Assembly: GCF_046119375.1 (NCBI RefSeq)
Contig: NW_027362762.1
Location: 706,304,001-706,368,000 of the forward strand
Direction: 5' to 3'
DNA from: Phyllobates terribilis
Lineage: Eukaryota
DNA: 64,000 nucleotides
Below the pieces are notes generated by a model that had not been told where the DNA came from, did no database searches, and saw nothing but the letters and a program-made list of their open reading frames with translations. Positions 12,568-24,604 of the stretch are shown piece by piece. The position numbers and the translations under genes are program-made. Numbering within the stretch: the first letter of the stretch is position 1; each line of letters starts with the position of its first letter.

Positions 12568-13602
12568 TATATGGATAGATAGATATATGGATAGCTAGAA
12601 ATATACAGTGTGTACGGAAAGTATTCAGACCTCTTTAACCCTCCGTCACATACAATATGCCTGACAGGCACATCTCTTTTACTTTCATTTCTCCTTCCTC
12701 ACCAGATTGTGAGGAAATCCCCTCCCTCCAGGTAGTCTCCAGGCTCTAGCAGCTCTGTGAAACCTCATACCACAGTTGGATTGCAGAGCTTCAGGAGGAC
12801 AGATATAACTGCGCTAATCTCTCAGGCTCATTGTTTTATGAATGTATAGCACAAAGTATGAGGATTTTTCATAGAAATAAGGCAGATTAAAAAAGAAAGT
12901 GTGCTGCTCAGGCATATACAGTAGTTCCCTAACACATATTCCTTCTCTTGCTTCAGATTATCTGCTGAACTGGGGAGGAAAATGTACAATTTATCAAAAA
13001 ACCTTGATGTTGAGGAAGTAACTAACATGCTGTTAGATGATGCAGACCCCACACTGAATGAGGATTTAGGAGAGGAAAGTGAGATTTACGCTCTAATTTA
13101 ATTTCTTGGAGTAATTAGACTTCACTGCGCATACAACAGAGATTTCTTATTGTCAATATATCACAGATAGCTATAAGGGGATAAACACTTCCATTTATAT
13201 CAATATTCCATTCCACTATGGTTAATAAACCTATAAATAATTATTGTATAACCTATATAGTGATAATAGTAATGATATCCTATTCATTATTGATCATAAT
13301 TAAGAGTAAAATATGACTGCAAAAAAGGTAATTAGATTTTTGGGTATATGGGCGTTTCAATCAGGGTGCATTAAAATTACTATACCATAATAACAATATT
13401 CAATAGAGTATTTAATTTGTATTATATTTGCAGGCTTCACATCAATTAATTATAAGAAGGATGTATAGGTAAATCCCTCATTTAAACCCCCCTCCCCAAG
13501 AGCGTTCAGTCTGAAAATCCATTTAGCTTCTTGCTGTAAAATTCTATCAAGATTGCCTTTTCTGGGCCCCAACTTCATCTGTCTAATTCCAATAAATTGT
13601 AA

Positions 13603-15674
13603 TTATAATGGATTCTCAGAGTGAACTATTCTCATGTTGCGAGAGAGGGGGGTATCCAGATTAGTGTTTATACTGCTCAGATGTTTAGAAATACGTCTCC
13701 TAAATTCTTGTATTGTTTTCCCTACATATATCATAGGGCAAGAGCAACATGCTATATATATGATCCCTTTGGTCTTACAATTTATATTATCCCTAATTTT
13801 ATATATCCTCTGATCAGATGGATTACTGAACTCACTAGTATTTGGTAAGTATCTGCAAAAACTGCATGTACCACAAGGCTTAGAGACTCCTGTAGTGTTG
13901 ATATTCCTAAGCGGATCTTCTTTGTTCTGGAAATGACTATGAGTGAGATATTCTCCCAAGTTCTTACCTCGTTTATATGTGATACTTGGATGTTTACTAA
14001 TCACATCTCTAATATCTGGGTCTGCTCTTAGTAATGGCCAGAATTTCCACATGATATTATAAATATCAGAGGTATGTTCATCATACATTCCTATTAGCCT
14101 AATCATTTTAGGACTGGAATTTTTTGGGGGGGGTATTAGTAACATGTCTCTATCACTCTTCTTGGCTCTATTGAAGGCTCTATAGAGGATTTTTTTAGGG
14201 TATCCTCTAGATGTAAATTTCTCAAAAAGATTTCTGCTCTCCCTAAAGAATGCTTCGTCAATGGAGCAGTTACGCCTTGCCCTCAGGTATTGGCCAACTG
14301 GAATACTGGCCTTTAAGGACGGTGGATGCCAACTTTTCCAATGAAGGAGATTATTGGTGGCCGTGGGCTTTCTATATATATCTGTAAGGAGGTTACCTTC
14401 TCTGTCTATAGAAATAGTCAAATCCAAAAAATTGATCCTGTTCAACCCTACCTCATAGGTGAAAAGCATTCCAATCTTAGTTTTGTTCAGGATGGCTACA
14501 AAATCTTCAAATATTTTGATGTCTCCTTCCCACAGAATCAATACATCGTCTATGTATCTCCCCCAGAATAAAATGTGACAAGTGAAAAAACTCAAATCTT
14601 TATTAAAAACTAAGGTGTCCTCCCACCACCCTAGAAAAAGATTTGCAAAACTTGGTGCACATGATGTACCCATGGCGGTGCCCTTTATCTGTTGATAGAA
14701 GGCACCATCAAAGGTAAAAAAGTTATGTGTTAAAGTAAATAATAAAAGTGACAGCAAAATATCATTATGTGCTTTAAAGTGCTTCAATTTAGTGGATAAA
14801 AAGTAAGATACAGCTGTGACGCCTAATTCATGAGAAATATTACTGTATAAAGCCTCTACATCGAGGCTGGTTAGTATTGTTTGTGGTGAGACTGTGACAT
14901 TACGTAGTTTTGAAACCATATCCTTAGTGTCTTTAACGTAGGAGGGGAGGGAGTGCACAAAGGGGGAGAGCATCTAATCAATGTATTGACTTATTCCTTC
15001 TGTGAGGCAGTTATTACCTGAGACTATAGGTCTCCCTGGTATTGGTCTTATTCTCTTATGCATCTTGGGTAATGCATAAAAGGTAGCCATTGTAGGGGTA
15101 GGGTTGAACAGAACCTTATATTCATCCTCAGTAATATAATCAGCGTCAAGGGCTTCCTTCAAAATTGATTGTAACTCTTGAGTAAATTTAACAGTGGGAT
15201 CCCTGAGTAACCGCTTATAAGTATCTTTGTCGTTAAGTAGATCTAGAACCATCTTCTTATAATCCACTACGTCCATAACAACAATGTTGTTCCCCTTGTC
15301 AGAGGGTTTAATAACAACATTGTTGTTTGCTTGCAATTCTTTAATTGCCTTTTCCTCCTCTCGACTCAAATTCTTATCCTTAGCAGGTCTCTTTTTAGAT
15401 AGCTTTTTTAGTTCTATCTATTAACAAAGGCATCAATGTTATGATATTGAGAGAAACTCGGAGTATTTTTACTTTTAGGTTTCAAGGAGGAAAAGGGGGG
15501 TGCAATAGATATTTGGCCAGTTTCATTATCATTTTCCAATGTCCCCAATGTTAAAATTGCTTCACTTTCATTTCTCTGATTCTTCAGAGGATCTCGATTT
15601 TTTTTTATTATATGGTATTTGTGGAGTGCAAGCTTTCTAGTGAAAAGATTCAAATCTTTTGTCCACATAAACAC
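13603..15674 (-). pseudogene. PLE reverse transcriptase-endonuclease ORF (interrupted by stops)
   Basis: Consecutive ORF segments 15414-15674, 14974-15369 and 13603-14973 carry the RT and GIY-YIG motifs. Confidence 0.9.
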
Positions 15675-17168
15675 ATCAAATTTTGGTCTGGGTGCGAAAG
15701 ATAGGCCCTTCTGAAGGAGCCAGATATGATTATGGCTTAATACACATGAAGAGACATTGAAAATTTGAAGGTTGTTTTCATGATCTCTCTTTAGACTGGC
15801 CGATTCACTCCTAAAAAAGAAGTCGAAGCGCCTGCCTGTGATGTTGTAAAGACATTTTGTGGACCCAGTGCCAATTGATTCATATTGGACTGGCCTTGTG
15901 GACGCAGTGGTGTAACACTTATATTGTTCATTATGGGAGTCTGTAATTGGGGTACATTTACATAGCTAAACATTGCTGGAATTGTTGGCTGTAAAAATTC
16001 TGTTCTTGTGACTGGTGGTGGGATGGAGGAAGATAAGGAGGATGCTGACGATGATGTATTGGACATATCTTTTTCTGAGTACGCATTTTGGCTCCTGTAA
16101 GTCCCCCATAATTTAGGGAAGGAATCCTTTCGTTGTCTATAGTTCCTCCTAAAGCCACTCTTACGTTTAGTTCCTCCAATAGACACTTGTCTATCCACTG
16201 AGCTATCAGATCCTGAATGGTCTGTTTCAGCGTGTTCAGTTATTTTTGGTCTATTAGACCTCTGGTTTGTACCTCTGGGTTTATATATTTGTCCTGTTTC
16301 AAAGTCTCCAAGATCTCTAATATATTTTCGATGTTTACACTCTTTGATTTCACTTTTCAAATTTTCAATACTTTTTTGTAGATCACTTTCTAATCTGGCA
16401 AAGTCTGGCTGTGTCGCAAATTGCTGTGCTTCCAGGATCTCTTTCTCCAATTGCTCATTAATTTTGATCAATTGCTGCCTTTCGTAATCAAGTATGTAGC
16501 TCATTAATCTCAAAGAACTTTCTGTCAGTATATTTTCCCAGCCCTTAATAAATAGGGAATCTTCTCTATGGGCATTAGGGGTCAATGAAATCCTAAGACC
16601 TCTGTAGACTATATGTTTCTGTAAGTATGTTTCTAAGCTCGCTATTTCCCAACACACTCGTACTTTTTGTCTCAGAGTTCTAGTTAGGTTCTTAAATATA
16701 GAGAAAATGTCACTCGATTTAAAGAGAGATTCAGTAGTAGAAAAGACCTGAGACGCTACTAATTTTCAATTTTCTATATCTGATTTATGTGAAAGGAAGC
16801 CTGCCATATTAAAGAACAATTCTATAGAGTTGACCATTGACTCCATATATAATTAAACTAGCCAACACTGTTCAGCCAGAGACAGCGTAGGGGCAATTTA
16901 ACTCATTAACATATTGCCTGTTGGCAAATAGAACCCCCAACTAAAGCTCTATAAAACTTAACTTTTAATAATTAAATCCTTATTATAGTAGTAATTTATA
17001 TTAAAATTCCAATATAGGCGCAGGTAGTGAGGACTATCAGGATTATTCAATTGGCATAACTGTGTATCCAATAGCCATCCTATCTATTTCCATTATCATA
17101 TGCTTGTGGCCGCGGACGACTTATTGCACTATTCCCTACCTGTCCTATTGTAAACTAAAATTATAGCC

Positions 17169-17206
17169 TCCCCGACATGTTTCGCCTAACCGGCGTCATC
17201 AGGGGA
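17169..17206 (-). ncRNA. Minimal type I hammerhead ribozyme motif of the PLE
   Basis: Minus strand reads UCCC-CUGAUGA-C-GCC-GGUUA-GGC-GAAAC-AUGUC-GGGGA: core boxes CUGAUGA and GAAA, palindromic stem III ACAUGU, GUC cleavage triplet. Confidence 0.8.
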
Positions 17207-18685
17207 TAGAGGCTAAATGACACCCAAAATGGCCGCCAGGTAGCTTTTATCACCTCTGTTTGGGCTCTAAGCCAATGTGTATTGTTGTAGCCATGTGCCA
17301 ATAGAATAGACTCCCTTATTTCCAATCATGAAGATCATATCATTATAATGTTACCTACAATTTAAATGATTGGAGGATAAAGCTGTCATTCAGGCCAGAA
17401 GGAACCACATTGGTAGAGATTGAAGCGATATATCAGCATTCTCATAATAGCCTGAATGCCTCAGTTTCAGGAACCAATCTGCACTAACTTACCTACATCC
17501 TATCCATTTGTGGAAGGTAGTGTTAAACGATTGCTGCACTTGCGTGATCAGCTGACTCAAAATAGGAGGGATTCATGTCATGGCCGTCACATGCTCCAAT
17601 CAAAACACGCCACATAAGCAAGGTCCTTTTCTTGATACGTATCATTTACTACGCCTGCACAATTTGTCCAAATCAATAGAGATGCATAACAGGACCTTTG
17701 CTTACTCCAATCAGATTAGGCCACATAGGCAAGGTCCTTTTCTTTATGCACATCAATTACTGCATCTACTCTAAGGAGTCCCCGGCCAATGGCCGGAGGA
17801 CCTCACCATATATAAGGCACCTCCTCCAAAATGGAGGTGCCTGAGCAATGTTGTTGCAAAGCCTTTCAACTCTGCTTCAGCCCTCAGGTCCCATTACCAG
17901 TTACCTGCTAGATTCCTGCTTCATACCTGCCTGTTACCTGCCTGATATCTGCTTACCTGCTTGCAATCCTGTGGTCCGACAGTCTGCCTACCAGCACCTG
18001 CCAGTCTGTCTATGGATCAGTCCGTCTGCGAACCAGGAAGTACCTGCCAGATACCTGCCTGATACCTGCCTGCCTGTCCAGAGACTCCTGCCCGCTCACC
18101 TGGGAGCGCTCACCTGCTACCTGCCAGCTAGCCTACCTGGAGGCTCAGCCGTCACTTGCCGTGACCACCTGCCTGTCCAGAGACTCCTGCCCGCTCACCT
18201 GGGAGCGCTCACCTGCTACCTGCCTGCTAGCCTACCTGGAGGCTCTGCCGTCACTTGCCGTGACCACCTGCCTGCCAGAGACTCTTGCCCGCTCACCTGC
18301 TACCTGCCTGCTTGCCTACCTGGAGGCTCTGTCGTCACTTGCCGTGACCACCTGCCTGTCCAGAGACTCCTGCCCGCTCACCTGGGAGCGCTCACCTGCT
18401 ACCTGCCTGCTAGCCTATCTAGAGACTCTTATCCTGCTGCCGTGACCATCCGCCTGTCAAGAGACTGTCCCCGTCACTTGCCGTGACCTCCTGTCCTTCT
18501 ACCCAGAGACTGTCCCCGTCACTTGCCGTGACTTCCTGTCCTTCTACCCAGAGACTGTCCCTGTCACTTGCCGTGACTACCTGCCCGCCTTCCCTGGGAG
18601 CCACCCGCTTCCTTACAAGGACTGCCCCCCTTGTATAGTTGCTCAGAGGTTCCACCTCCCAGACCCATTACAGTTTGCTCGGGCC

Positions 18686-19636
18686 ATGGAACCCGGTGGC
18701 ACCCAAGCTCCCTCGCTCTCGGACCTATGTCATGAACTTTCTCGTCAGAGGTCCCAACAGGAGTCCTTCCTGAGCCACCTGCGTAGTGTTAACTCCCGCC
18801 TGGACACACTGACTACCTCTTCGGGACCTGCTTCCAGTCGCATGACTCCTACCCCGGCAGCGTCGCTGCCCATCAATTCCATGGCATCTCTTCCCGGTCC
18901 CCGCCTCACCGCCCCGCCTCGTTTTGGCGGAGATCCCAGTCAGGCACGGGGCTTCATTAACCTGTGCACTCTGCACTTCGAACTGTTGGCACACCAGTTT
19001 TCCACCGACCGAGCCAAAGTAGCCTTCATCATGTCCCATCTCATGGGGGAGGCACTGGCTTGGCTAAATCCTCTATGGGAGAGAGGAGACCCCCTGGTTT
19101 CCAACCTGCCAGCCTTTCTCACGGCTTTCCGGAAGGTCTTCGACGAACCAGGACGGAGGACCTCATCCGCCTCATCTCTGCTACGCCTCCGCCAAGGAAG
19201 TCTCACCGTGGGCCAATATGCCATACGGTTCCGTACCCTTGCTTTGGAGCTTGCCTGGGATAACGACGCCCTGGTGTCCGTCTTCTGTGAGGGTCTGTCC
19301 GGCCGTATTAAAGATGAACTCGCCAGTCAGGACATTCCTACCACTCTCAACGACTTAATTACACTTGCCACCCGGATTGACATCCGGTTCCAGGAGCGCA
19401 CCAAAGAGGCCACCCGTGAGAGGAGGTTTCCACGCCTTGCCCCTACCTTCCAGAGACTCGTCACTTCCTCCGTTGCTCCCCCAGCGCACTCACCCGAGCC
19501 TATGCAGGTCGACCAGACCAAGATGGTCAAGACCTGTCAAGAATTACGCCGTGCCGAGGGGAGCTGCTTCTACTGTGGCAGTAAGGAGCACCGGATCCGT
19601 TCCTGCCCAGAGAGGTCGGGAAACGTCTGTGTCTAG
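18686..19636 (+). CDS. Gag of sushi-like retrotransposon (capsid + CCHC zinc knuckle), open
   Basis: 316-aa ORF with PPRFGGDPSQARGF, LRQGSLTVGQYAIRF and CFYCGSKEHRIRSC. Confidence 0.92.
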   Translation: MEPGGTQAPSLSDLCHELSRQRSQQESFLSHLRSVNSRLDTLTTSSGPASSRMTPTPAASLPINSMASLPGPRLTAPPRFGGDPSQARGFINLCTLHFELLAHQFSTDRAKVAFIMSHLMGEALAWLNPLWERGDPLVSNLPAFLTAFRKVFDEPGRRTSSASSLLRLRQGSLTVGQYAIRFRTLALELAWDNDALVSVFCEGLSGRIKDELASQDIPTTLNDLITLATRIDIRFQERTKEATRERRFPRLAPTFQRLVTSSVAPPAHSPEPMQVDQTKMVKTCQELRRAEGSCFYCGSKEHRIRSCPERSGNVCV

Positions 19637-19678
19637 GGTCGCTCAGAGAGGTCGCCCTAGACAGAAATAAACCCTCTC
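19618..19678 (+). promoter_or_regulatory. -1 ribosomal frameshift signal (G GGA AAC slippery site + predicted H-type pseudoknot)
   Basis: GGGAAAC at 19618-19624; stem 1 gtctaggg/ccctagac (19631-19638 / 19655-19662); stem 2 gagagg/cctctc (19646-19651 / 19673-19678). The pol frame is -1 to gag and open from 19618. Confidence 0.8.
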
Positions 19679-22600
19679 CATCTCTAATGCTGTCGGTCTC
19701 TATCATCTGCGGGGAGAACCGTTATTTTGAACTGGCTCAACTTGACTCTGGAGCTGCCGGAAATCTCATTTCTCAGTCCCTGGTAGAGAAATACCGCATT
19801 CCCACCCAACCTCTGGCTGTACCCTTATCTGTCGCCCCCATGGATGGGGGCCTCTTACCTCATCCCATCCCACTCATCACCGAATCCATAACTTTGCAGG
19901 TGGGAATGCTGCACTCTGAGAGCATCTTCTTTCATGTTCTGCCTGGACTCTCTCACGTCCTCTTGCTAGGCCTACCATGGCTCCAGAGACACGCACCCGT
20001 GCTTGATTGGCAGACCGGAGAAGTTCTTCGCTGGGGACAGGACTGCCATAAGACTTGTTTAGTTCCCGTTCATCCTACTCGTCCTTCTCCTACCCCCAGC
20101 CAATCTACCCGGCCTACCGGTTCCCTATTGGCCTTTTGCGGACGTCTTTAATAAAAGAGAAGCAGAGACATTACCCCCTCATAGACCATACGACTGCCCA
20201 ATTGACCTGATGCCCGGCGCTACTCCTCCCCGTGGGCGTATTTACCCTTTGTCCGCTGCTGAGACCCGGTCCATGTCTGAATATATTGAGGAGAATCTGG
20301 CCCGGGGATTTATCCAGAAATCTACCTCTCCGGCGGGAGCAGGCTTCTTCTTCGTCAAAAAGAAGGACGGCTCACTCCGTCCCTGTATAGACTATAGAGG
20401 CCTTAACCAGATGACAGTGAAGAATAAATACCCCCTTCCGCTCATTCCTGAATTATTTGACCGTCTGAGGGGAGCTAGAATCTTCACCAAGCTGGACCTC
20501 CGTGGGGCGTATAATCTGGTCCGTATCCGTCAGGGGGATGAATGGAAGACGGCATTCAACACCCGGGACGGTCACTATGAATACCTTGTAATGCCCTTCG
20601 GTCTCTGTAACGCTCCCGTCGTCTTTCAAGAGTTGGTCAATGACATCTTCTGTGACCTTCTCTACTCCTGCGTGGTGGTGTACCTGGACGACATCTTGGT
20701 CTTCTCTCCGGATCTTCTCACTCACCGGAGGGATGTTCGTCAGGTCCTGCTCAGGCAGAACCACCTCTACGCTAAATATGAGAAGTGCCTCTTTGAGCAG
20801 ACCTCGCTTCCGTTTCTGGGCTACATAATCTCTCAGACCGGCCTACAAATGGACCATGAGAAACTGTCTGCCATCCAGAAGTGGCCCCGACCAGAGGGGT
20901 TGAAGGCTATTCAGCGGTTCCTGGGCTTCGCCAACTACTACCGCCTCTTCATTCCGCACTTCTCTTCCCAGACTGCCCCTATCTCGGCGCTCACCCGTAA
21001 GGGCGCTAATCCCAGAGAATGGCCGCCCGAAGCAGAGGAGGCCTTCCTTTCCTTAAAATGAGCTTTTTCCTCCGCCCCTGTGCTGCATCGTCCGGACGGC
21101 AACAAACAATTCTTTCTAGAAGTCAACGCTTCCTCCTCCGGAGCCGGAGCTGTACTTACCCAAAAGTCGTCTTCCGGAAGAATGGTAACCTGCGGCTTCT
21201 TCTCCAAACTCTTCTCCTCATCTGAGCGCAACTATTCTATAGGAGACCGAGAATTGTTGGCCATTAAGCTGGCACTGGAGGAGTGGCATTACCTGCTCGA
21301 GGGGGCTCTTCACCCGGTAATAATTTACACGGACCACAAGAACTTGGCTTACCTCCAGAGCGCCCAGAGACTTAACCCGCGCCAAGCCCGGTGGTCCTTG
21401 TTCTTCGCCCGCTTTAATTTCATTCTACATTTTCGCCCGGCTGACAAATACATCAAAGCTGATGCCTTATCCCGATCCTTTTTGGTCTCTGATCTTGAGG
21501 AGGAGCCTAAACAGATCATCGACCCCGCCAAAGTAATGCAGGTGGCCCCCGTGAATCTAAATCGTCTTCCACCCGGTAAGACATTTCGTAACTGTTCCTG
21601 ATCGTGAGAGGGTTCTACACTGGGGACACTCGTCCAAGCTAGCTGGCCACGCTGGTCAGAAAAAGACCCTCCAGCTTATTTCCCGGCATTACTGGTGGCC
21701 TACCCTGCACAAGGACGTAATAGACTTTGTTTCAGCCTGTGAGTCCTGCGCCCGCAACAAGGTTCCGAGACATCTACCAGCCAGCCGTCTCCTTCCTCTT
21801 CCTGTACCTGCTGCCCCGTGGCAGCATATAGCTATGGACTTTATGACGGACCTCCCTGTCTCTGCCAGTTGTACGGTCATATGGGTGGTCGCTGACCGCT
21901 TTTCCAAAATGGCTCACTTTATTCCCCTGCCGGGTCTCCCGTCTGCATCAGAGTTAGCTAAAGACTTTATCCATCATGTCTTCCGTCTACACGGTCTTCC
22001 TCTCCACATCGTATCCGACCGAGGGGTTCAGTTCACCTCTCGTTTTTGGCGAGCCATGTGTAAACTGCTGGGGGTCACCTTGGACTTTTCTTCTGCATAT
22101 CACCCACAGTCCAATGGCCAAGTAGAACGGATCAACCAAATTTTAACCAGTTACCTCCGGCACTTTGTTAATGCTCACCATTCCGACTGGGTGGATCTTT
22201 TACCGTGGGCCGAATTTTCTTACAATAATCATGAGAGCGAATCTTCCTACAAATCCCCGTTTTTTGTAGTCTTCAGTCAGCATCCTCGGATCCCATTTCC
22301 CGTCTCCACCTCGGTGGACAATCCGGCTGCGGAATCTCTCGTTAACGAATTTTCCTCCGTTTGGGAAAGTACCAGATCCGCACTTCTTCAGTCATCCGAG
22401 CAGATGAAAAAAACAGGCTGACAAAAGACATCTGGATCCACCACAATTCCGTCCTGGAGATAAGGTCTGGCTCTCGTCCAAGTATGTCTGGCTCTCGTCC
22501 AAGTATGTCCGGCTCAAGATTCCTTCCTACAAGTTAGGGCCTCGGTTCATCGGCCCACTGGAAGTTATCAAACAAATCAACCCGGTGGCCTATAAATTGA

Positions 22601-22908
22601 AACTCCCGGCCAACTTGCGGATTCCTAACTCCTTCCATGTATCTCTACTCAAACCCGTGGTACTTAACTCTTTTTCCAAGTCTACAGGTACGCCTCCTGC
22701 TCCGGTTTCCGCTGAAAACGAATTTGAGGTAGAGAACATTCTGGCTACCAAAAGGGTAAGAGGAAAGTCCTTTTTTCTAGTGGATTGGAAGGGGTTTGGT
22801 CCTGAGGAGAGAACATGGGAGCCCCGGGAGAACATCCATGCCCCGCTCATCCTTGATAAATTTCTCTCTGGCCTAAAAAAGGGGGGGCCTAAAGGGGGGG
22901 TACTGTAG
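19618..22908 (+). pseudogene. Pol (protease, RT, RNase H, integrase, chromodomain), disrupted
   Basis: LDSGAAGN (PR), [10 protein letters not shown] (RT), VNASSSGAGAVL/ELLAIK (RH), MDF...SDRGVQF...GQVERIN (IN), FEVENIL...VDWKGFGPEERTWEP (chromodomain); several stops and frameshifts. Confidence 0.93.
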
Positions 22909-23957
22909 CGTCGGCGTCCCTGCCTTCTGCCAGACAGGGACGCCGTTCCCCTCACCTCTCCGTGCCCGGTGGCTTCTTCCCGCTCTGCTGGCAGCGCGCG
23001 CTGCTTCCTGGCCTCTGTGCTTAGGGCGCGCGCGCGCTCCCCCTCTCTTAAAGGGGCCGCGCGCGCCGTCCTAAGGAGTCCCCGGCCAATGGCCGGAGGA
23101 CCTCACCATATATAAGGCACCTCCTCCAAAATGGAGGTGTCCGAGCAATGTTGTTGCAAAGCCTTTCAACTCTGCTTTAGCCCTCAGGTCTGTTACCAGT
23201 TACCTGCCAGTCACCTGCCAGATTCCTGCTTGTTACCTGCCTGATATCTGCTTACCTGCTTGCAATCCTGTGGTCCGACAGTCAGCCTACCAGCACCTGC
23301 CAGTCTGTCTATGGATCAGTCCATCTGCGGACCAGGAAGTACCTGCCAGATACCTGCCTGATACCTGCCTGCCTGTCCAAAGACTCCTGCCCGCTCACCT
23401 GGGAGCGCTCAACTGCTACCTGCCTGCTAGCCTACCTGGAGGCTCCGCCGTCACTTGCCGTGACCACCTGCCTGTCCAGAGACTCTTGCCCGCTCACCTG
23501 CTACCTGCCTGCTAGCCTACCTGGAGGCTCTGCCGTCACTTGCCGTGACCACCTGCCTGTCCAGAGACTCTTGCCCGCTCAGCTGGGAGCGCTCACCTGC
23601 TACCTGCCTGCTAGCCTACCTGGAGCTCTGCCGTCACTTGCCGTGACCACCTGCCTGTCCAGAGACTCTTGCCCGCTCACCTGCTACATGCCTGCTAGCC
23701 TACCTGGAGGCTCTGCCGTCACTTGCCGTGACCATCCGCCTGTCAAGAGACTGTCCCGTCACTTGCCGTGACCTCCTGTCCTTCTACCCAGAGACTGTCC
23801 CCGTCACTTGCCGTGACCTCCTGTCCTTCTACCCAGAGACTGTCCCTGTCACTTGCCGTGACTACCTGCCCGCCTTCCCTGGGAGCCACCCGCTTCCTTA
23901 CAAGGACTGCCCCCCTTGCATAGTTGCTCAGAGGTTCCACCTCCCAGACCCGTTACA

Positions 23958-24604
23958 GTTTGCATTCCATAATGGAAAGGTTTTGGTTTCCTATGTACCA
24001 CAAGCAAAAAAAATTGTACTTCTTCTATCAACACTTCATGATGATGATGCCATCGATCCTGGGACTGAGGCACAAAAAAACCCGGAGATAATTACATTTT
24101 ATAATGCAACCAAAGGGGGTGTTGATACAGCTGATCAGATGTGCTCAACTTTCAACGTCCGCAGAAACACCAAACGCTGGCCAATGGTCATATTGTTTGC
24201 TATGTTGAATTTGGGTGGTATAAATTCACAAGTCATTTACCTTGAAAACAAGCTTGATGTTTCGTAGATGATTCTATCTGAAAAAATTGGCCCATGAACT
24301 AGTGCTTGGAGAGCTACGCAGGAGAAGTATGAAAACAATCGGTATCCCCTCTCGCCTTCAAGTTCAGCTCAAAAGATTCCGCCCAGAAGATGATAGTGAA
24401 AATTCACCACCTGCACCATCTCCCAAAAGAAGGAGATGCACCACCTGCACCACGGAAAGCGGAATCAGAAGGCTTTCTAATTATGAATGTCACAAATGTC
24501 ATAATGCAATCTGCCTCACACATGCAAAAATGATGTGTAATTCTTGCTCTTTGCTCTGCAAGTGTAATTTTTCTGGGGAAACCTCAGGATCTAATTCTAA
24601 TTGA
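23958..24604 (+). pseudogene. piggyBac transposase C-terminal part with Cys-rich domain
   Basis: VSYVPQAKKIVLLLSTLH, YNATKGGVDTADQM, RRCTTC...CHKCHNAICLTHAKMMCNSC. Confidence 0.92.

Larger units (their letters stand above)
13089..17770 (-). mobile_element. Penelope-like element (RT + GIY-YIG endonuclease)
   Basis: ORFs 13603-15674: SLDVEALYSNI, GTAMGTSCAPSFANL, RYIDD, then CKTKGIIY...IYVGKT (GIY-YIG). Upstream N-terminal ORF at 15791-16807. Hammerhead motif at 17169. Element ends are approximate. Confidence 0.9.
17771..23957 (+). mobile_element. Ty3/Gypsy chromovirus (Tf1/sushi-like) LTR retrotransposon; 5' LTR truncated
   Basis: 5' LTR 17771-18672 lacks the first 167 bp of the 3' LTR (22904-23957, TG...CA). 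PPT precedes 22904. Domain order gag-PR-RT-RH-IN-chromodomain. Confidence 0.96.

Noticed and set aside
12680-12960. Exon-trap splice acceptor or 5' UTR intron in the piggyBac
   Set aside because: Pyrimidine tracts ending in AG exist (~12705, ~12956), but the donor is weak and there is no transcript evidence.
17848-18655. Long ORFs in the LTRs (also 23270-23940)
   Set aside because: Translations of the LTR minisatellite; no domain signal.
23958-23963. gtttgc after both chromovirus LTRs as an LTR extension or TSD
   Set aside because: After the 3' LTR it reads as native piggyBac coding sequence (FAFH). The left TSD is deleted, so a coincidental match cannot be excluded or tested.
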